From assembly GCA_964016885.1 (NCBI GenBank), contig OZ024741.1, forward strand, positions 157,914,001 to 157,978,000: a stretch of 64,000 bases of DNA, read 5' to 3'. The notes below the pieces were generated by a model, which saw only the letters and a list, made by a program, of their open reading frames with translations, had not been told where the DNA came from and did no database searches. Positions 39,801 through 49,249 of this stretch are shown piece by piece (position 1 is the stretch's first letter; each line of letters begins with the position of its first letter). Source of the DNA: Eledone cirrhosa. Lineage: Eukaryota. Both the position numbers and the translations under genes were made by a program.

Positions 39801-42800
39801 AACCTTTCTTTTTAATGCCATCCGCAGTCGGTGCCCTTGTGGCAAATAAAGAATTGTTATTATTATTATGATGATGAATGTGCTGATTTTTACTATTGAG
39901 TGTGGTGGATTAGCAGAATCATTAGTGTGTCAGACAAAATGCTTTGTAGTATTTGGCTCTTTACAATCTGGTTTTAAATCCTGCCAAGGCCAACTTTGCC
40001 TTTTGTCCTTCCAGGGTTGATAAATAATGTATTATTCAAATCTGCTGGCCTTGTGCTTAAGTTACATATTGGACAAAATGCTTTTCATTCTGAGTTCAAA
40101 TCCTGCCATGGTCAACTTTGCCTTTCATCCTTCCGAGGTCAATGAAATAGGGTACCAGGCAAGTACTGGGATCATTATAATCAATTTTTCCCTTCCCTTC
40201 AAATTGCTGGCCTTGTGCCAAAAATAGAATCTATTATTATTATTGAGTGTGCTTAGAGCACTAGGCAAATTCTCTGTGGCATTTTATTATGGTTCTTTAT
40301 ATTCTGAATTCAAATCTTACCTTCTAGGAATTGATAAAATAAGATAGCAGCCAAACATTTAGGTTGACTTATTCCTCATCCCCATCTCAAACCTTAAAAA
40401 ATCACTAGCCTTGTGCCTAAATTAGAAACTATTGTTATTGTGGATGAATTGGCAGTATCGGTAGAGGGTCGGACGCCATGCTTTGACACATAGTGTTACG
40501 GCCCTTGCCATTCTGAGTTCAAATCCCATCGAGGTTAACTTTACCTTTCATCCTTACGAGATCGATAAAATAAAGTACCAGTAATGCACTGGGTAATTGC
40601 TGGCCTTGTGCCAAAACTGGAAACCATTATTATTGTTATTGAGGATCTTACTTTGTTCTTTATTTAGAATATAGTGTTTATCTTATTTAGAATAACCACA
40701 CTCTATCCCTGTGTGTTGTAAGTAAGAGACAACTAAAAACATTGACACTAGGAAGGGCATCCAACCATAAAACATTGCTTTGAAAAGGACCACATGATGA
40801 GTATGCAGTCTGTCTTGGGGCCCTGATGGCTAACCCCTTCTGTGTGTTGTTGTGTCTTACCTTGAGTAAGACACTTTATTTCATGTTGTTCCATCCAGTT
40901 CACTCAACTGGAAAAAATGAGTTATACCTGTAATTCAAAGGGCCAGCCTGTATCATGCTGAATCTCCCTGAGTATTATGATAAATATACACATATCTGTA
41001 TAATGCACAGCCACTTGCACTTTAATGTTCATGTGCAGGCTTGCCTATTGATTAAACAACTCAAACATTCATCGTAGGTACTGACAGATGTCCAACTTAC
41101 ACACACCTTATTCAATATAGCTTGACATTATTATATTTATTCTGTTGCTGTTGCTTCATTTGCTGCTGCCTTTGATACAGAAGCCATTGCTACTTCAGGG
41201 CACTTTGTTTTGTGTTTTAGTCATATGAGCCATTGTCCATGACCTTTTGCAGAGCCTCTATCACTGCTTTTGGGGTATGGCTGGAAGAATCCAAGTGTAA
41301 TGGGTTGTCTTCTGATTGGCGATCTCAGTGCTAGATTAACTTAGAAAGAAGAGTAGCATTTGCTACAGGTCCTCTGCTAAGTGCTTTAAACTACAGTACT
41401 ATACTGCCTTTAACTGTTATGCCAGATTTTTTTTTAATGTAGGGCCCTTGCTTAAACTATGATGATGACCTTTTTATAGTATATGGTACAGGCTCCACAC
41501 TAACTTAATCCAGCACTGAGTCATTTTGTCTCAATATTTCTAACAAAGTGGACCCCACTAAAGCTTCCCAAGTTGTGGTATTCAACAGGGTCATAGATTA
41601 ACCCTTTTGTGACTGTATTTCTAATGAAATACATTCTATTATAATTAATTGTTGAAGAATTTTGAAGGATTTACTGAAATTACTAACTATTTTTAGTATC
41701 TGTTTTAGTTTTTTGTGTACTGAGTTGAAATTCTCTAGGTGCTAAGACCAGAGCTAATCACCTGACCCCCAGGAGCACCCTGCCCAACTTGCAATTGGTA
41801 CGCATGAACAGGTAGTCCTATATCTATCACAAAGAAGCCACGTGGCCTAGTGATTAAGTGTTGAACTCTTGATCATAAGGGTTTGGTTCCTAGATCAAAT
41901 GCCTCATTGTATTCTTGAGTAAGATTATTCATTTTACATTGTTTTTAATGAGAGGACTGGGTTCCTATCATTAAACTACTCAAGAAACCTATGGAATGTA
42001 AGTTCATAGGAGGCCAGCAACACCTGCATAGGTGTGAACTGTAAATTTCATCTTTTTTAATTTTAACGAGCAAAGATAAATGCCACCTACAGCATGCTGA
42101 GTCTTTAACCCTGCAATCTGTAGCTAGGCATCAAAGGCCAGAGCTAATCATCCAACTCTGGGAACAATCCATCAAATACACAATTGGCCATCATGAACTA
42201 GTAGGCTTACAACCAATATAAATATGATGGCAACAACATACTGAAGCTTTCATCCAGTGGTTGACTGCCAATGGCTAAATGGATATTGATTTATTGATTT
42301 TATATTTGATTCTGTTTAGTTTATTTGTCCATGGTCAATTAATTTCCTAATCTATACTTTTATATAGACTTTTTTCTTTGTTTTTTAAAATGAAAATCTG
42401 TTTATTAAAAAAAAAAGGGTGTTATAGTCACTATATGTTTGTATGTGTGTGAATGTAGTGATAAATGATGGTAACAACACAAATCAATCAACGAAAGGTT
42501 GTATTCTTTCACCTACCTGTTGTGTCTCTCTGTTGTTGCCTCATGGTCCCAGCAGACAGATTTACAAAAGCATTATTTCAAAGGATAGTGAGGTCATTTT
42601 TGTGACTGGCTATCTCTGCCCTGATCACAGTTTAGTTTTGTCTTTGATTCTCTTCAGTTTGAACAATAATGTTTTGCTTTTGTTATTGTTTTTCACGAAT
42701 CTTCAACTGTTCCTTCAGTCTAGTTAAATTGGCAATGAGGAAGTGTTTAATGTATGCTTTCAAACTTTATTACATAATGCAACTGACACCTAAATGTTTG

Positions 42801-43362
42801 TGGCACTCTAACAATAACTAACTGTAATATTTAAAACAAAATAAAAAAAATAGCTCTTTGTAAGTTGTTTCCATACGTTTAACTCTTAACATCCTGTACC
42901 ATATGAACCTACATTAGGTAGATATTCTTAAAATGTATAAAACAGCATTACAACTGCATCACATTCAAAATCTGATTTACTACAGCAAATGTTCTCAAAA
43001 TCTGTCCACTTTTAAAGATACTAATAAGATTTGAATTAACATGTGAGATTTTAGATATTTTCTATAAAATCATTACCGGATGTTAAGAGTTAATTAACAA
43101 CCTTGCATATGAAATATTTAGAAAAAATGAATGTACTACATTAAAAATCAAAGTTGTTACTCTAATACTTGTAAATTTTTGTAATGATCTGTCCACTAGT
43201 AAAAATACTATAAATGTTTGAATTAACAAACCTGTAATTTTAAATATTTTTGATAAAACATTACAGTTAAATGCTTGAAAAGAAAAGTATAGAAATAAAT
43301 ACTTAAAAAGAGAATATCATAATGTCATTTTTTAATAATAATAATAATAATAATAATAAAGC

Positions 43363-43393
<31 letters not shown>

Positions 43394-46300
43394 CTTCTTC
43401 TTCTTCTTCTTCTTCTTCTTCTTCTTCTTCTTCTTCTTTTTTTCTTTCTTTTTTTCTTCTTTTTTTCTTCTTTTTCTTCTTTTTTTTCTTCTGTTTCTTC
43501 TTTTTCTTCTTCTTTTTCTTCTTTTTCTTCTTTTTCTTCTTCTATCACTAGAGCGTCGGACAATATGCTTTATGGCATAGGGTTACGCCCCTTTACGATC
43601 TGAGTTCAAATCCCGCCAAGGTTAGCTTTGCCTTTTATCCTTACGGGGTCGATAAAATAAAGCACCAGTAATGCACTGGGGTCAATTCAATTGACTTTCC
43701 CCTCCCCTAAAAGTGCTGGCCTTGTGCCTATATAAGAAACCATTATTATTATTGAATTATTATTATTATTATTGCTGTTTTTGTTACTACTACCACTATA
43801 TTCTTCCTTTTAACCTTGAGTAAGCAATTTTTTTTTCTATGTTTATTTTTTTTAAAACCACTGCCACATTTCTATTTTTTTATGTATTTTTCTTTTCTTT
43901 TACTACTTTGGCCTTGTTTTCTTTCTTTTGTTGATCCTGGCAACCCCTCAGGAAAAAGTGATCCATATTGTGAGGTCAGCATGGGTAGCCAAGAACATAG
44001 GACCAAAGTCATCAATGGAACCCTGAACCCTAAATGGAATGACTCAATGCAGTTTGTGATACGAGATGTGCACCAAGAGGTCTTATGCATTAGTGTTTAC
44101 GATCGAGATCTCTTCTCTCCAAATGGTCAGTCATTGGGGAATTGTCCTTTGTTTCTTTTTTTGTTATTTCCTTTGTTATTGTTTGTTCTTTATATGCAGA
44201 AATACCCATTTGTACCATCCTGTACCGTCCTTAATGTTATACTTTATGTCAACCCTTGTGGTTAATAAAGAAAACATTATTATTAATAGGGTGGTCGATT
44301 GGCAGAATCGGTATAGTGTTGGACACGATGCTTTGCATCATAGAGTTATGGCCCTTTACATTCTGAGTTAAAATCCCACCGAAGTTAGCTTTGCCTTGCA
44401 TCCTTACGGGGGTAGATAAAATAAAGCACCAGTAATGCACTGGGGTTGATTTAATTGCCCCCCCCCCCCCAATTACTGTTCTTGTGCTTAAATCAGAAAC
44501 CATTATTATTAGTCTTGGGTAATTGCTGGCCTTGTGCCTAACGTAGAAACAATTATTAATAGTCTTATTTCTATTGCATGTCATCACTGCATTACCAAGC
44601 ACAACTTTTTGTAATACACTACCTAGTGGTGCTATTTTTTGTATACTGTATATATTTTTGACCCCTGGTGTTTTGGTTATGTATCTGTCTGTGTAATTTT
44701 TATCATTCCCAGAGCATCTATTATTATAAGTATTGTTTCTGTTTTCATCATCCACATTCAGGTTACTTCTATCTCTAGATCTTTATTTTTTGGATAATTT
44801 CTCCTTCTTTTGTATCTGCAGAACTGTTTGCCACTTACTCATGTCATGCTTGATAAATGTTTTTATTATTGCCACTGCTTTATTAATGGCTAGTGTGTTC
44901 AGTATTCATGCATGGAGAACACTGTCAAATGCCTCTATTAGTCGATCCATGCCATGCTGAAGACATTTCGTTTTTTCTGCGGTTTTTAGTTATGGCTTTA
45001 TTGATTAGCAACTGGTCATTGCAGCCATATGAGTCTTTGCAGCATTCTTTCTGTTTGTCTGGAAGTAGGTTGTCTTTTTGTCAAGTTTGGGAACTTGTCA
45101 TATCCTGGTGCCTTCAAATTGTTTGCTTTTTTTCAGTGTGCTGTACACATCATCTGTTGTAATATCTTCTTCCAGTTGTTCAGGGGCTGTGTTCGTTATT
45201 CTTCCTTGTTCTGTACATGGAAAATTCCTTCTTCTGCCCATAATCTTTTCCAGAACTCTTACACATATTTTACTTTTGGAGTTACATTTACCTCTATTTT
45301 GCTCCTATTAAGTTCCTGGTAGAGTAATTTGGGGTTGGAGCGAAATAGGTGGTTTGGGTCAAAAAAGTTTAGTGCATTTCATATCCCCTTGTTCTTTGTG
45401 CTTTTGCAAGTATTTTCTTTTCTTTCCTATTCCCAGTTTTGTTGTTGTTGTTTTTTCCTATTTCATTTAAGATTGAGAGGTTTTCTTTCTTTTGTTTCTA
45501 TCCTAATAGTATCTTTGTTTTCCAGGGTTTTGTTATTCTTGTTTGTGTAGATCTAAGGGATACCCACTTTCTTTCATAACAACAGTGGCTGTTGCATATA
45601 ATATATTATTTAGCCTTATGATATCTTTGGCGCCACGCAGTAATACAGAAAACTCGCCTTGCCTAAGTACAAAGCCAAACCTACAGTCAGTAGGCACCTC
45701 TTAATCAAATATACACTCCCCTCCCACTACCCACAACTCCCCCACCCACCACCCCTTCCTCTGTAAAGTTATGTTGGTGCCACAACATCCAGTCCTAAAT
45801 AAATGAGGTTGTGTAGGTGTCACGACAAAAAAAAACACAGTCCACGCTGTAATGTGGCCGTGTAGGTAACACGGTAAAAACCTCCCAGTCCACACTGTAA
45901 ACGTGGTTGGTGTTAGGAAGGGCATCCAGCCATAGAAAACCTGCCAGACAGTCCCATACGAGCGAGACGACCAATCTTGCCTCAAGTGGGACAATTCCTG
46001 TCTAAACCCATGCTAGCGTGGAAGATAGATGTTAAACGATGATGATGATGATGATATCAATGTTTTTATTCATGTTTATTAAATCTATGATGGCTAGATT
46101 AGTATTTTTTATAATTGTTGTTTTATTATTAATTTTTATCTTTGGGAGGTGAAATTCTTTGGTCCATAAGATCTTCTATTGTTTGGAGATTTTGGATTAT
46201 TTCTAGCTTTATCTTATTGTGGTCTTCAATTTTGTCTTTAGAGTTCTTTTTCCTACATCTTTCTTTTCATTTCTATTTTTGGCTGTGTTGTCCTAAATCA

Positions 46301-47825
46301 GTATGACATTCAGAATTGTGTTTGTAGTGTTTTGTTTATATGTTTTGGATAATTTGGTTTAACTTCATGTTTTAAATTCTCAATATGTTTATTACCAAGG
46401 GGATTACATTTTCCATTTCTTTCCACAGAGCCTGCATTTCTGCATATCAGAAGTTTTGTAGATGTTATATTTCACCAAATTGGTTGGAAGAGTTTTCAGT
46501 GGCACATTTCAAATTGCCTCACTTAAGCCATATCTACAATGTTGTTTTATCCTGGATATCCTGTGTATGTCTCTGAAACTGACCATGCATTCTCATTCCT
46601 AGAAGATCTTTTCTTTTCTCTTCTGCTCTTTGGTTAAACTCTTCCTTTCCAACCATTTCTACTGTATTTATACCCATATCTTCTGCTGCATATTGCAACA
46701 ACTCTTCATCACTGTTTACCAAATATTCTGCAAGTGTTCTCCTTATTACTATTATTATCATTATTTCCATTATTATTTTTATTGTGCATCATTACTGCTT
46801 TACCGAGCACAGTTCTGTGCACCTTAGGTATGAGCAGTGTAGTTTTCGCTGATGTTGTTTCTATTGTATTGAGAGTACCTTTCGTAATATGTGTGCAGTG
46901 CCTAGTAGTGCTATCTTTTGTATGCTGTATATATTTGTAAGTCCTGGGGTTTGGGCTATGTATTTGTCTAAGTGTTTTTTTATCATTCCTAGAGCACCTG
47001 TTACTACAGGTATTGTTTCTGTTTTCATTTTCCACATTCAAGTTATTTCTATCACTAGATCTTTATATTTGGAGAGTTTCTCTATTTCCTTGGAAGATAT
47101 ATTGCCATCTGTGGAGATTGATACATCTATTAGAAGGCATTTTTTAGTTTGTGGTCTTTGACTATAATGTCTGGCCAGTTGGCTTTGATCTCTCTGTCTG
47201 TATGAATTGGCATATCCCAGGGAATGGTTGCTAGGAATTACCATCATGACAGGACTGTTGCAGAAAGCAGCCTTTCTAAGAACAGCAAGAATTCTAAGAA
47301 GAAGGGTGTTGGAAAGTTGAAGGAGAAGGAATAAAACAAACGACTTTTTGCCATTAGCTAACCAACACTATACCAAAAGAGCAAGCCATAGCCAATGACC
47401 AAAGGTCCTTTGTGTTAGTCCTGCTCCTTCAACTTTCCAACGCCCTTCTTAGCATTCTTGCTATCCCCAGCAAGGCTGTTTTCTGAAACAATCCTGACAT
47501 GATGGTAATTCTTAGCTTCTCAAGCCATGTATCCAACCTTCTACTGACTGATTTCAGTGTGCCAACCACATTTGGTTGTTGATTATGATTATCATTATTA
47601 TTCTGAAATCATTAATGGAATTGAAAATGATGGAATTTTTATTTTTCAAATTTTTTTCTTTACATTTTTTCAGATTTCTTAGGCCGGACCGAAATCTACA
47701 CAGAAGAAATCTATGAGGAAACCTTGGTGCGACGGGGTCCTATCACTAAAAAACTGAAATTACATGAAACAAAATCTGGGGAAGTTGTAATACGGCTGGA
47801 CTTACAGTTGTATGAAACAACATAG
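8511..47825 (+). CDS. ITSN1: Intersectin long form, 3' portion (DH-PH-C2), multi-exon; 5' part of gene (EH, coiled-coil, SH3) lies upstream of window
   Basis: 13 GT-AG exons with consistent phases sum to 1490 nt (1496 with the alternative exon) and end in TAG. Translation aligns by eye with the human ITSN1 C-terminus ([105 protein letters not shown]). Probably the single invertebrate ortholog of ITSN1/2. Confidence 0.95.
9230..9335 (+). mobile_element. Second tRNA-derived SINE family, 5' part
   Basis: tRNA-like head (ttagtgattagggtg...ggtttgaatcc) then tgttcttgagcaagat; related copies near 36250-36595(-), 36830-37150, 39170-39270(-), 41840-41940. Confidence 0.6.
9345..9660. repeat. About 110-bp degenerate tandem repeat, 3 copies
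   Basis: ctatcattaaa..ac...agaaacct...cagctaaacctac recurs at about 9360, 9468, 9579; related copy at about 41960-42040. Confidence 0.75.
9900..10430 (+). mobile_element. Penelope-like element remnant (GIY-YIG fragment plus 3' hammerhead region)
   Basis: [11 protein letters not shown]...TTYIGET translated from about 9942; hammerhead motif downstream. Confidence 0.7.
10266..10315 (+). ncRNA. Type I hammerhead ribozyme motif
   Basis: Stem I gagctgta/tgcagttc; CUGAUGA 10274-10280; stem II gggt/accc; GAAA 10294-10297; stem III acat/gtgt; GUC 10305-10307. Confidence 0.75.
11201..11411 (+). mobile_element. piggyBac-type MITE
   Basis: TTAA on both sides, TIR ccctttagcattt/aaatgctaaaggg; interrupts a 41-bp tandem repeat (about 11140-11570); inverted copy at 51481-51690. 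Confidence 0.85.
11645..11751 (+). CDS. ITSN1: Intersectin exon (DH)
   Basis: ttacag| ... |gtgagt; [35 protein letters not shown]. Confidence 0.93.
13441..13625 (-). mobile_element. tRNA-derived SINE
   Basis: On - strand: A box tggcagtatcgg, B box gagttcaaatcc, core ...catccttacggggtcgataaaataaagtaccag, (TTA)n tail. Confidence 0.85.
13776..13965 (-). mobile_element. tRNA-derived SINE
   Basis: Same family as 13441-13625. Confidence 0.85.
14177..14365 (-). mobile_element. tRNA-derived SINE (near consensus)
   Basis: A/B boxes and gcctttcatccttacggggtcgataaaa core, resembling the Deu/Nin-type SINE core (from memory, unverified). Confidence 0.88.
14773..16070. repeat. 48-bp minisatellite, about 27 copies, two alternating variants
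   Basis: Unit tggggcatgtattcattcttggtgtcagtcattggactggggccatac and variant ...gttattggtctacggccatat; explains the 16-aa-periodic ORFs. Confidence 0.95.
16100..16297. repeat. Degenerate (GTT/GCT/ACT)n triplet tract
   Basis: Direct observation. Confidence 0.9.
16337..16409 (+). CDS. ITSN1: Intersectin exon (DH)
   Basis: ttccag| ... |gttagt; (T)[24 protein letters not shown]; phases match neighbours. Confidence 0.9.
17041..17287 (+). mobile_element. piggyBac-type MITE, second family (degraded)
   Basis: cccttttgttaccatatttc ... atcaaaagtgttaa; inverted relative at 50999-51247 with TTAA ends; more fragments near 23520-23716, 37770-38150, 50297-50690. Confidence 0.65.
17331..17438 (+). CDS. ITSN1: Intersectin exon (DH)
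   Basis: ttacag| ... |gtaagt; [36 protein letters not shown]. Confidence 0.95.
18717..18815 (+). CDS. ITSN1: Intersectin exon (DH)
   Basis: taacag| ... |gtaagt; [33 protein letters not shown]. Confidence 0.95.
19214..19381 (+). CDS. ITSN1: Intersectin exon (DH end)
   Basis: ttttag| ... |gtagga; [56 protein letters not shown]. Confidence 0.95.
19489..20539. repeat. Long fold-back inverted repeat (about 520-bp arms, 6-nt loop)
   Basis: Arms reverse-complementary around aacttc (20021-20026), with a few substitutions and small indels. Confidence 0.95.
20350..20860. repeat. Degenerate 5-bp satellite (ggatc/agatc/ggact)
   Basis: 5-nt periodicity; its complement lies at 19480-19700. Confidence 0.85.
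22187..22258 (+). CDS. ITSN1: Intersectin exon (PH start)
   Basis: ttacag| ... |gtatgt; [24 protein letters not shown]. Confidence 0.95.
22737..22868 (+). CDS. ITSN1: Intersectin exon (PH)
   Basis: tttcag| ... |gtaagg; [44 protein letters not shown]. Confidence 0.95.
23390..23510 (-). mobile_element. tRNA-SINE, truncated
   Basis: Same family; B box through tail. Confidence 0.8.
24521..24645 (+). CDS. ITSN1: Intersectin exon (PH)
   Basis: ttgcag| ... |gtaact; [41 protein letters not shown](R). Confidence 0.93.
25273..27990 (-). mobile_element. Penelope-like retroelement (RT plus GIY-YIG), 5'-truncated with a few disablements
   Basis: ORF pieces with DKTGNLY, FDI.NYYSSI, LYRDDGL, YRK, SNHP, WYNPPY, HFP; then CNCR..CPL..KCL..NIVY...YIGLT..FKQR...H and CDLC.AE; hammerhead at the 3' end; bounded by TA-rich tracts. 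Confidence 0.92.
25285..25360 (-). ncRNA. Type I hammerhead-like motif at Penelope 3' end (core variant CAGAAGA)
   Basis: On - strand: stem I agttt/aaact plus 7-nt bulge plus acagattga/ttaatctgt; stem II ccc/ggg; GAAA; stem III agcag/ttgct; CUU site. Confidence 0.65.
28182..28264 (+). CDS. ITSN1: Intersectin exon (PH C-terminal helix)
   Basis: ttgcag| ... |gtatgt; (R)[27 protein letters not shown]. Confidence 0.92.
29855..30409. mobile_element. hAT-type MITE inserted in a SINE and carrying another SINE
   Basis: TIR cagaagttttcaaac/ctttgaagacctctg; 8-bp TSD ctatagta/caatagta; host SINE continues on both sides. Confidence 0.8.
30013..30200 (-). mobile_element. tRNA-SINE nested in MITE
   Basis: Same family as 14177-14365. 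Confidence 0.85.
30700..31500. repeat. Low-complexity (TATG/TG/TA)n tract
   Basis: Direct observation. Confidence 0.9.
32160..32945 (+). mobile_element. Cluster of tRNA-SINE copies
   Basis: Near-consensus copy 32437-32622 plus older copies at about 32160-32375 and 32640-32945. Confidence 0.8.
33000..34560 (-). mobile_element. Degraded RLE-type non-LTR retrotransposon (R4/Dong-like)
   Basis: Minus-strand fragments [34 protein letters not shown], zinc-knuckle region CRIC..EETV, YK..RHD, HNRPDL. Confidence 0.8.
34695..34900 (+). mobile_element. tRNA-SINE
   Basis: Family consensus; tail-to-tail with the next copy. Confidence 0.85.
34901..35085 (-). mobile_element. tRNA-SINE (near consensus)
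   Basis: Family consensus on - strand. Confidence 0.88.
35351..35434 (+). CDS. ITSN1: Intersectin alternative exon A (C2 strand 1/loop 1, lacks first Ca2+ Asp)
   Basis: tctttcatag| ... g|gtaaga; 84 nt, phase 1-1; (S)[27 protein letters not shown](G), paralogous to exon 39472-39549. Confidence 0.8.
38455..38740 (-). mobile_element. RTE LINE 3' end fragment
   Basis: [20 protein letters not shown]; related piece inside the 19489-20539 fold-back. Confidence 0.65.
39472..39549 (+). CDS. ITSN1: Intersectin alternative exon B (C2 strand 1/loop 1, with first Ca2+ Asp)
   Basis: ctctcag| ... g|gtatgc; 78 nt, phase 1-1; (S)[25 protein letters not shown](G). Confidence 0.92.
39903..40635 (+). mobile_element. 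Cluster of tRNA-SINE copies
   Basis: Near-consensus copy 40441-40633 plus older copies upstream. Confidence 0.82.
43363..43540. repeat. (CTT)n microsatellite and pyrimidine tract
   Basis: Direct observation. Confidence 0.95.
43550..43750 (+). mobile_element. tRNA-SINE
   Basis: B box and core match. Confidence 0.82.
43952..44125 (+). CDS. ITSN1: Intersectin exon (C2 core)
   Basis: cctcag| ... |gtcagt; (G)[57 protein letters not shown]. Confidence 0.95.
44290..44555 (+). mobile_element. tRNA-SINE
   Basis: A/B box and core match. Confidence 0.82.
44560..45560 (-). mobile_element. R4/Dong-like retrotransposon remnant
   Basis: TPG..NIY.IQKIA.LG C-terminus; similar to 46770-47230. Confidence 0.65.
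46480..47230 (-). mobile_element. R4/Dong-like retrotransposon remnant (RLE end)
   Basis: [40 protein letters not shown]. Confidence 0.8.
47230..47516. repeat. Tail-to-tail inverted pair of R4-like 3' ends (about 130-bp arms)
   Basis: 47230-47360 is reverse-complementary (with mismatches) to 47389-47516. Confidence 0.85.
47674..47825 (+). CDS. ITSN1: Intersectin terminal coding exon
   Basis: tttcag|; (D)[49 protein letters not shown]. Confidence 0.95.
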
Positions 47826-47974
47826 CACTGATGAAACAGCTGGCTCCATAGATATCTATACACAAATATACACACATGCATATATATATATATATACACA
47901 CAAACATGGGGAAAGCAGTACACAATGCATAAAGTAGAGTTAATAATAATAATAATATTTATAATGATAATTAC

Positions 47975-48640
47975 ATAGGCTTAAATTTCTCCTTATGTCC
48001 AAACTGCATGCAAGAAACGTAAATCTTGCTGTAAATATCTGGGTAGTATCTGTGGTACAGTACCATGTTGGGATCTTCAAGTGGACTAAGGCTGAGGTTG
48101 ATAAGATGGACTGCAGAACAAGAAAAATGATGAACATGAATAAGGCACTACATCTGAAAGCAAGTGTTAATCAGTACATGAAATTCACTGTTGGAGGAAG
48201 AGGGCTGATAGATATTACACAATGTATTGAGAATGAAAGTTGAGCCATTAATAACTACCTGATAAATAGTAATGAAAAACTTCTACAGTATGCCTTAACA
48301 GTAATGGGTTTAGAAAAGTAAAGTGAAGCAGAAGTTGGAAAGGCATTGCATGGCCAATTTGAAAAATAAACATCAGAGTTTAAAGACTGATAGGTCTCAT
48401 GATTGTCTCTCCTGCAGTGATCGTAAAAGATGGACTGAAAGACTGAAGCAGTGCTGATCTCAGCTCAATACCAAGCTTTGAGTACTAAGCCGGTGATGAA
48501 AGGGATATATCATCTCAGTGAAAGTGTGAAGTGCCTTCTGTGTGGAATTAATACAGAAAGTGTCACCCACATTATGAGTGCATGCAAAATGCTTGCTCAA
48601 AAAGAGTATAAAAGAAGGCATGACCAGCTCACATGTGACT
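47975..48640 (+). mobile_element. R4/Dong-like retrotransposon fragment downstream of stop codon
   Basis: SKLHARN...W...D.RTRK, GGRGL, AQ.QAL.T, CLLC...ESV.HI.S.C..LAQKEYKRRHD. Confidence 0.8.
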
Positions 48641-49249
48641 ATTATATGTGGGTATCAAACTGTCCACATGTAACTATTGTTGTGGATCTCAAAATGTCCA
48701 CATGTAACTATCGTTTGTGGATCTCAAAAGTGTAAAAAAAGGAATGTTGAAAAGCAAAATACTTCAAAAATTAAACTGTTAGATGAAGTGTGAAACTGTA
48801 TTAGTGCCAGAATTTGTTCATTATCCTTTATTTCAAAGTGATACCTGTAATTTCATAACAATTCATAGATAACTAGTAAAGTGGTTATTCTTTTACAAGA
48901 AGCTACTTCATGTGATCTAATAATTAATTATCATCAATCTTCATTTGCTTGCGACTTCAAGGTGTTTATTGTCATACTACCATTTTGAAACAAAATTATT
49001 GTTTATTATAAAATAGAAAGTTGTTGTTTGATTTAAGAAAAGAAAGAACCTCCATACCAGATAAGAAGAAATTAGTGAATTCATGGATTCAACTTGTCAA
49101 GAAATCCTGTAGAGCCATGTTAGAAGATAAAATGGAAGCCACACACTGAATGGAAGGTGGCGAGGACTGGGCCAAGGTTTGTAAGGGGCTGCATATTTGC
49201 CTCAATCAACTGATGTCAATCTTGGAAAATACAGAGAAATTAAAAAGAT

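Noticed and set aside
42510-42600. Possible extra microexon between exon B and the C2 core (pyrimidine tract, cccagcagacag, gtgagg)
   Set aside because: No acceptor/donor pair I tried gave a frame-preserving, stop-free phase 1-1 exon.
43303-43603. Poly-R/E and poly-L ORFs
   Set aside because: (CTT)n microsatellite.
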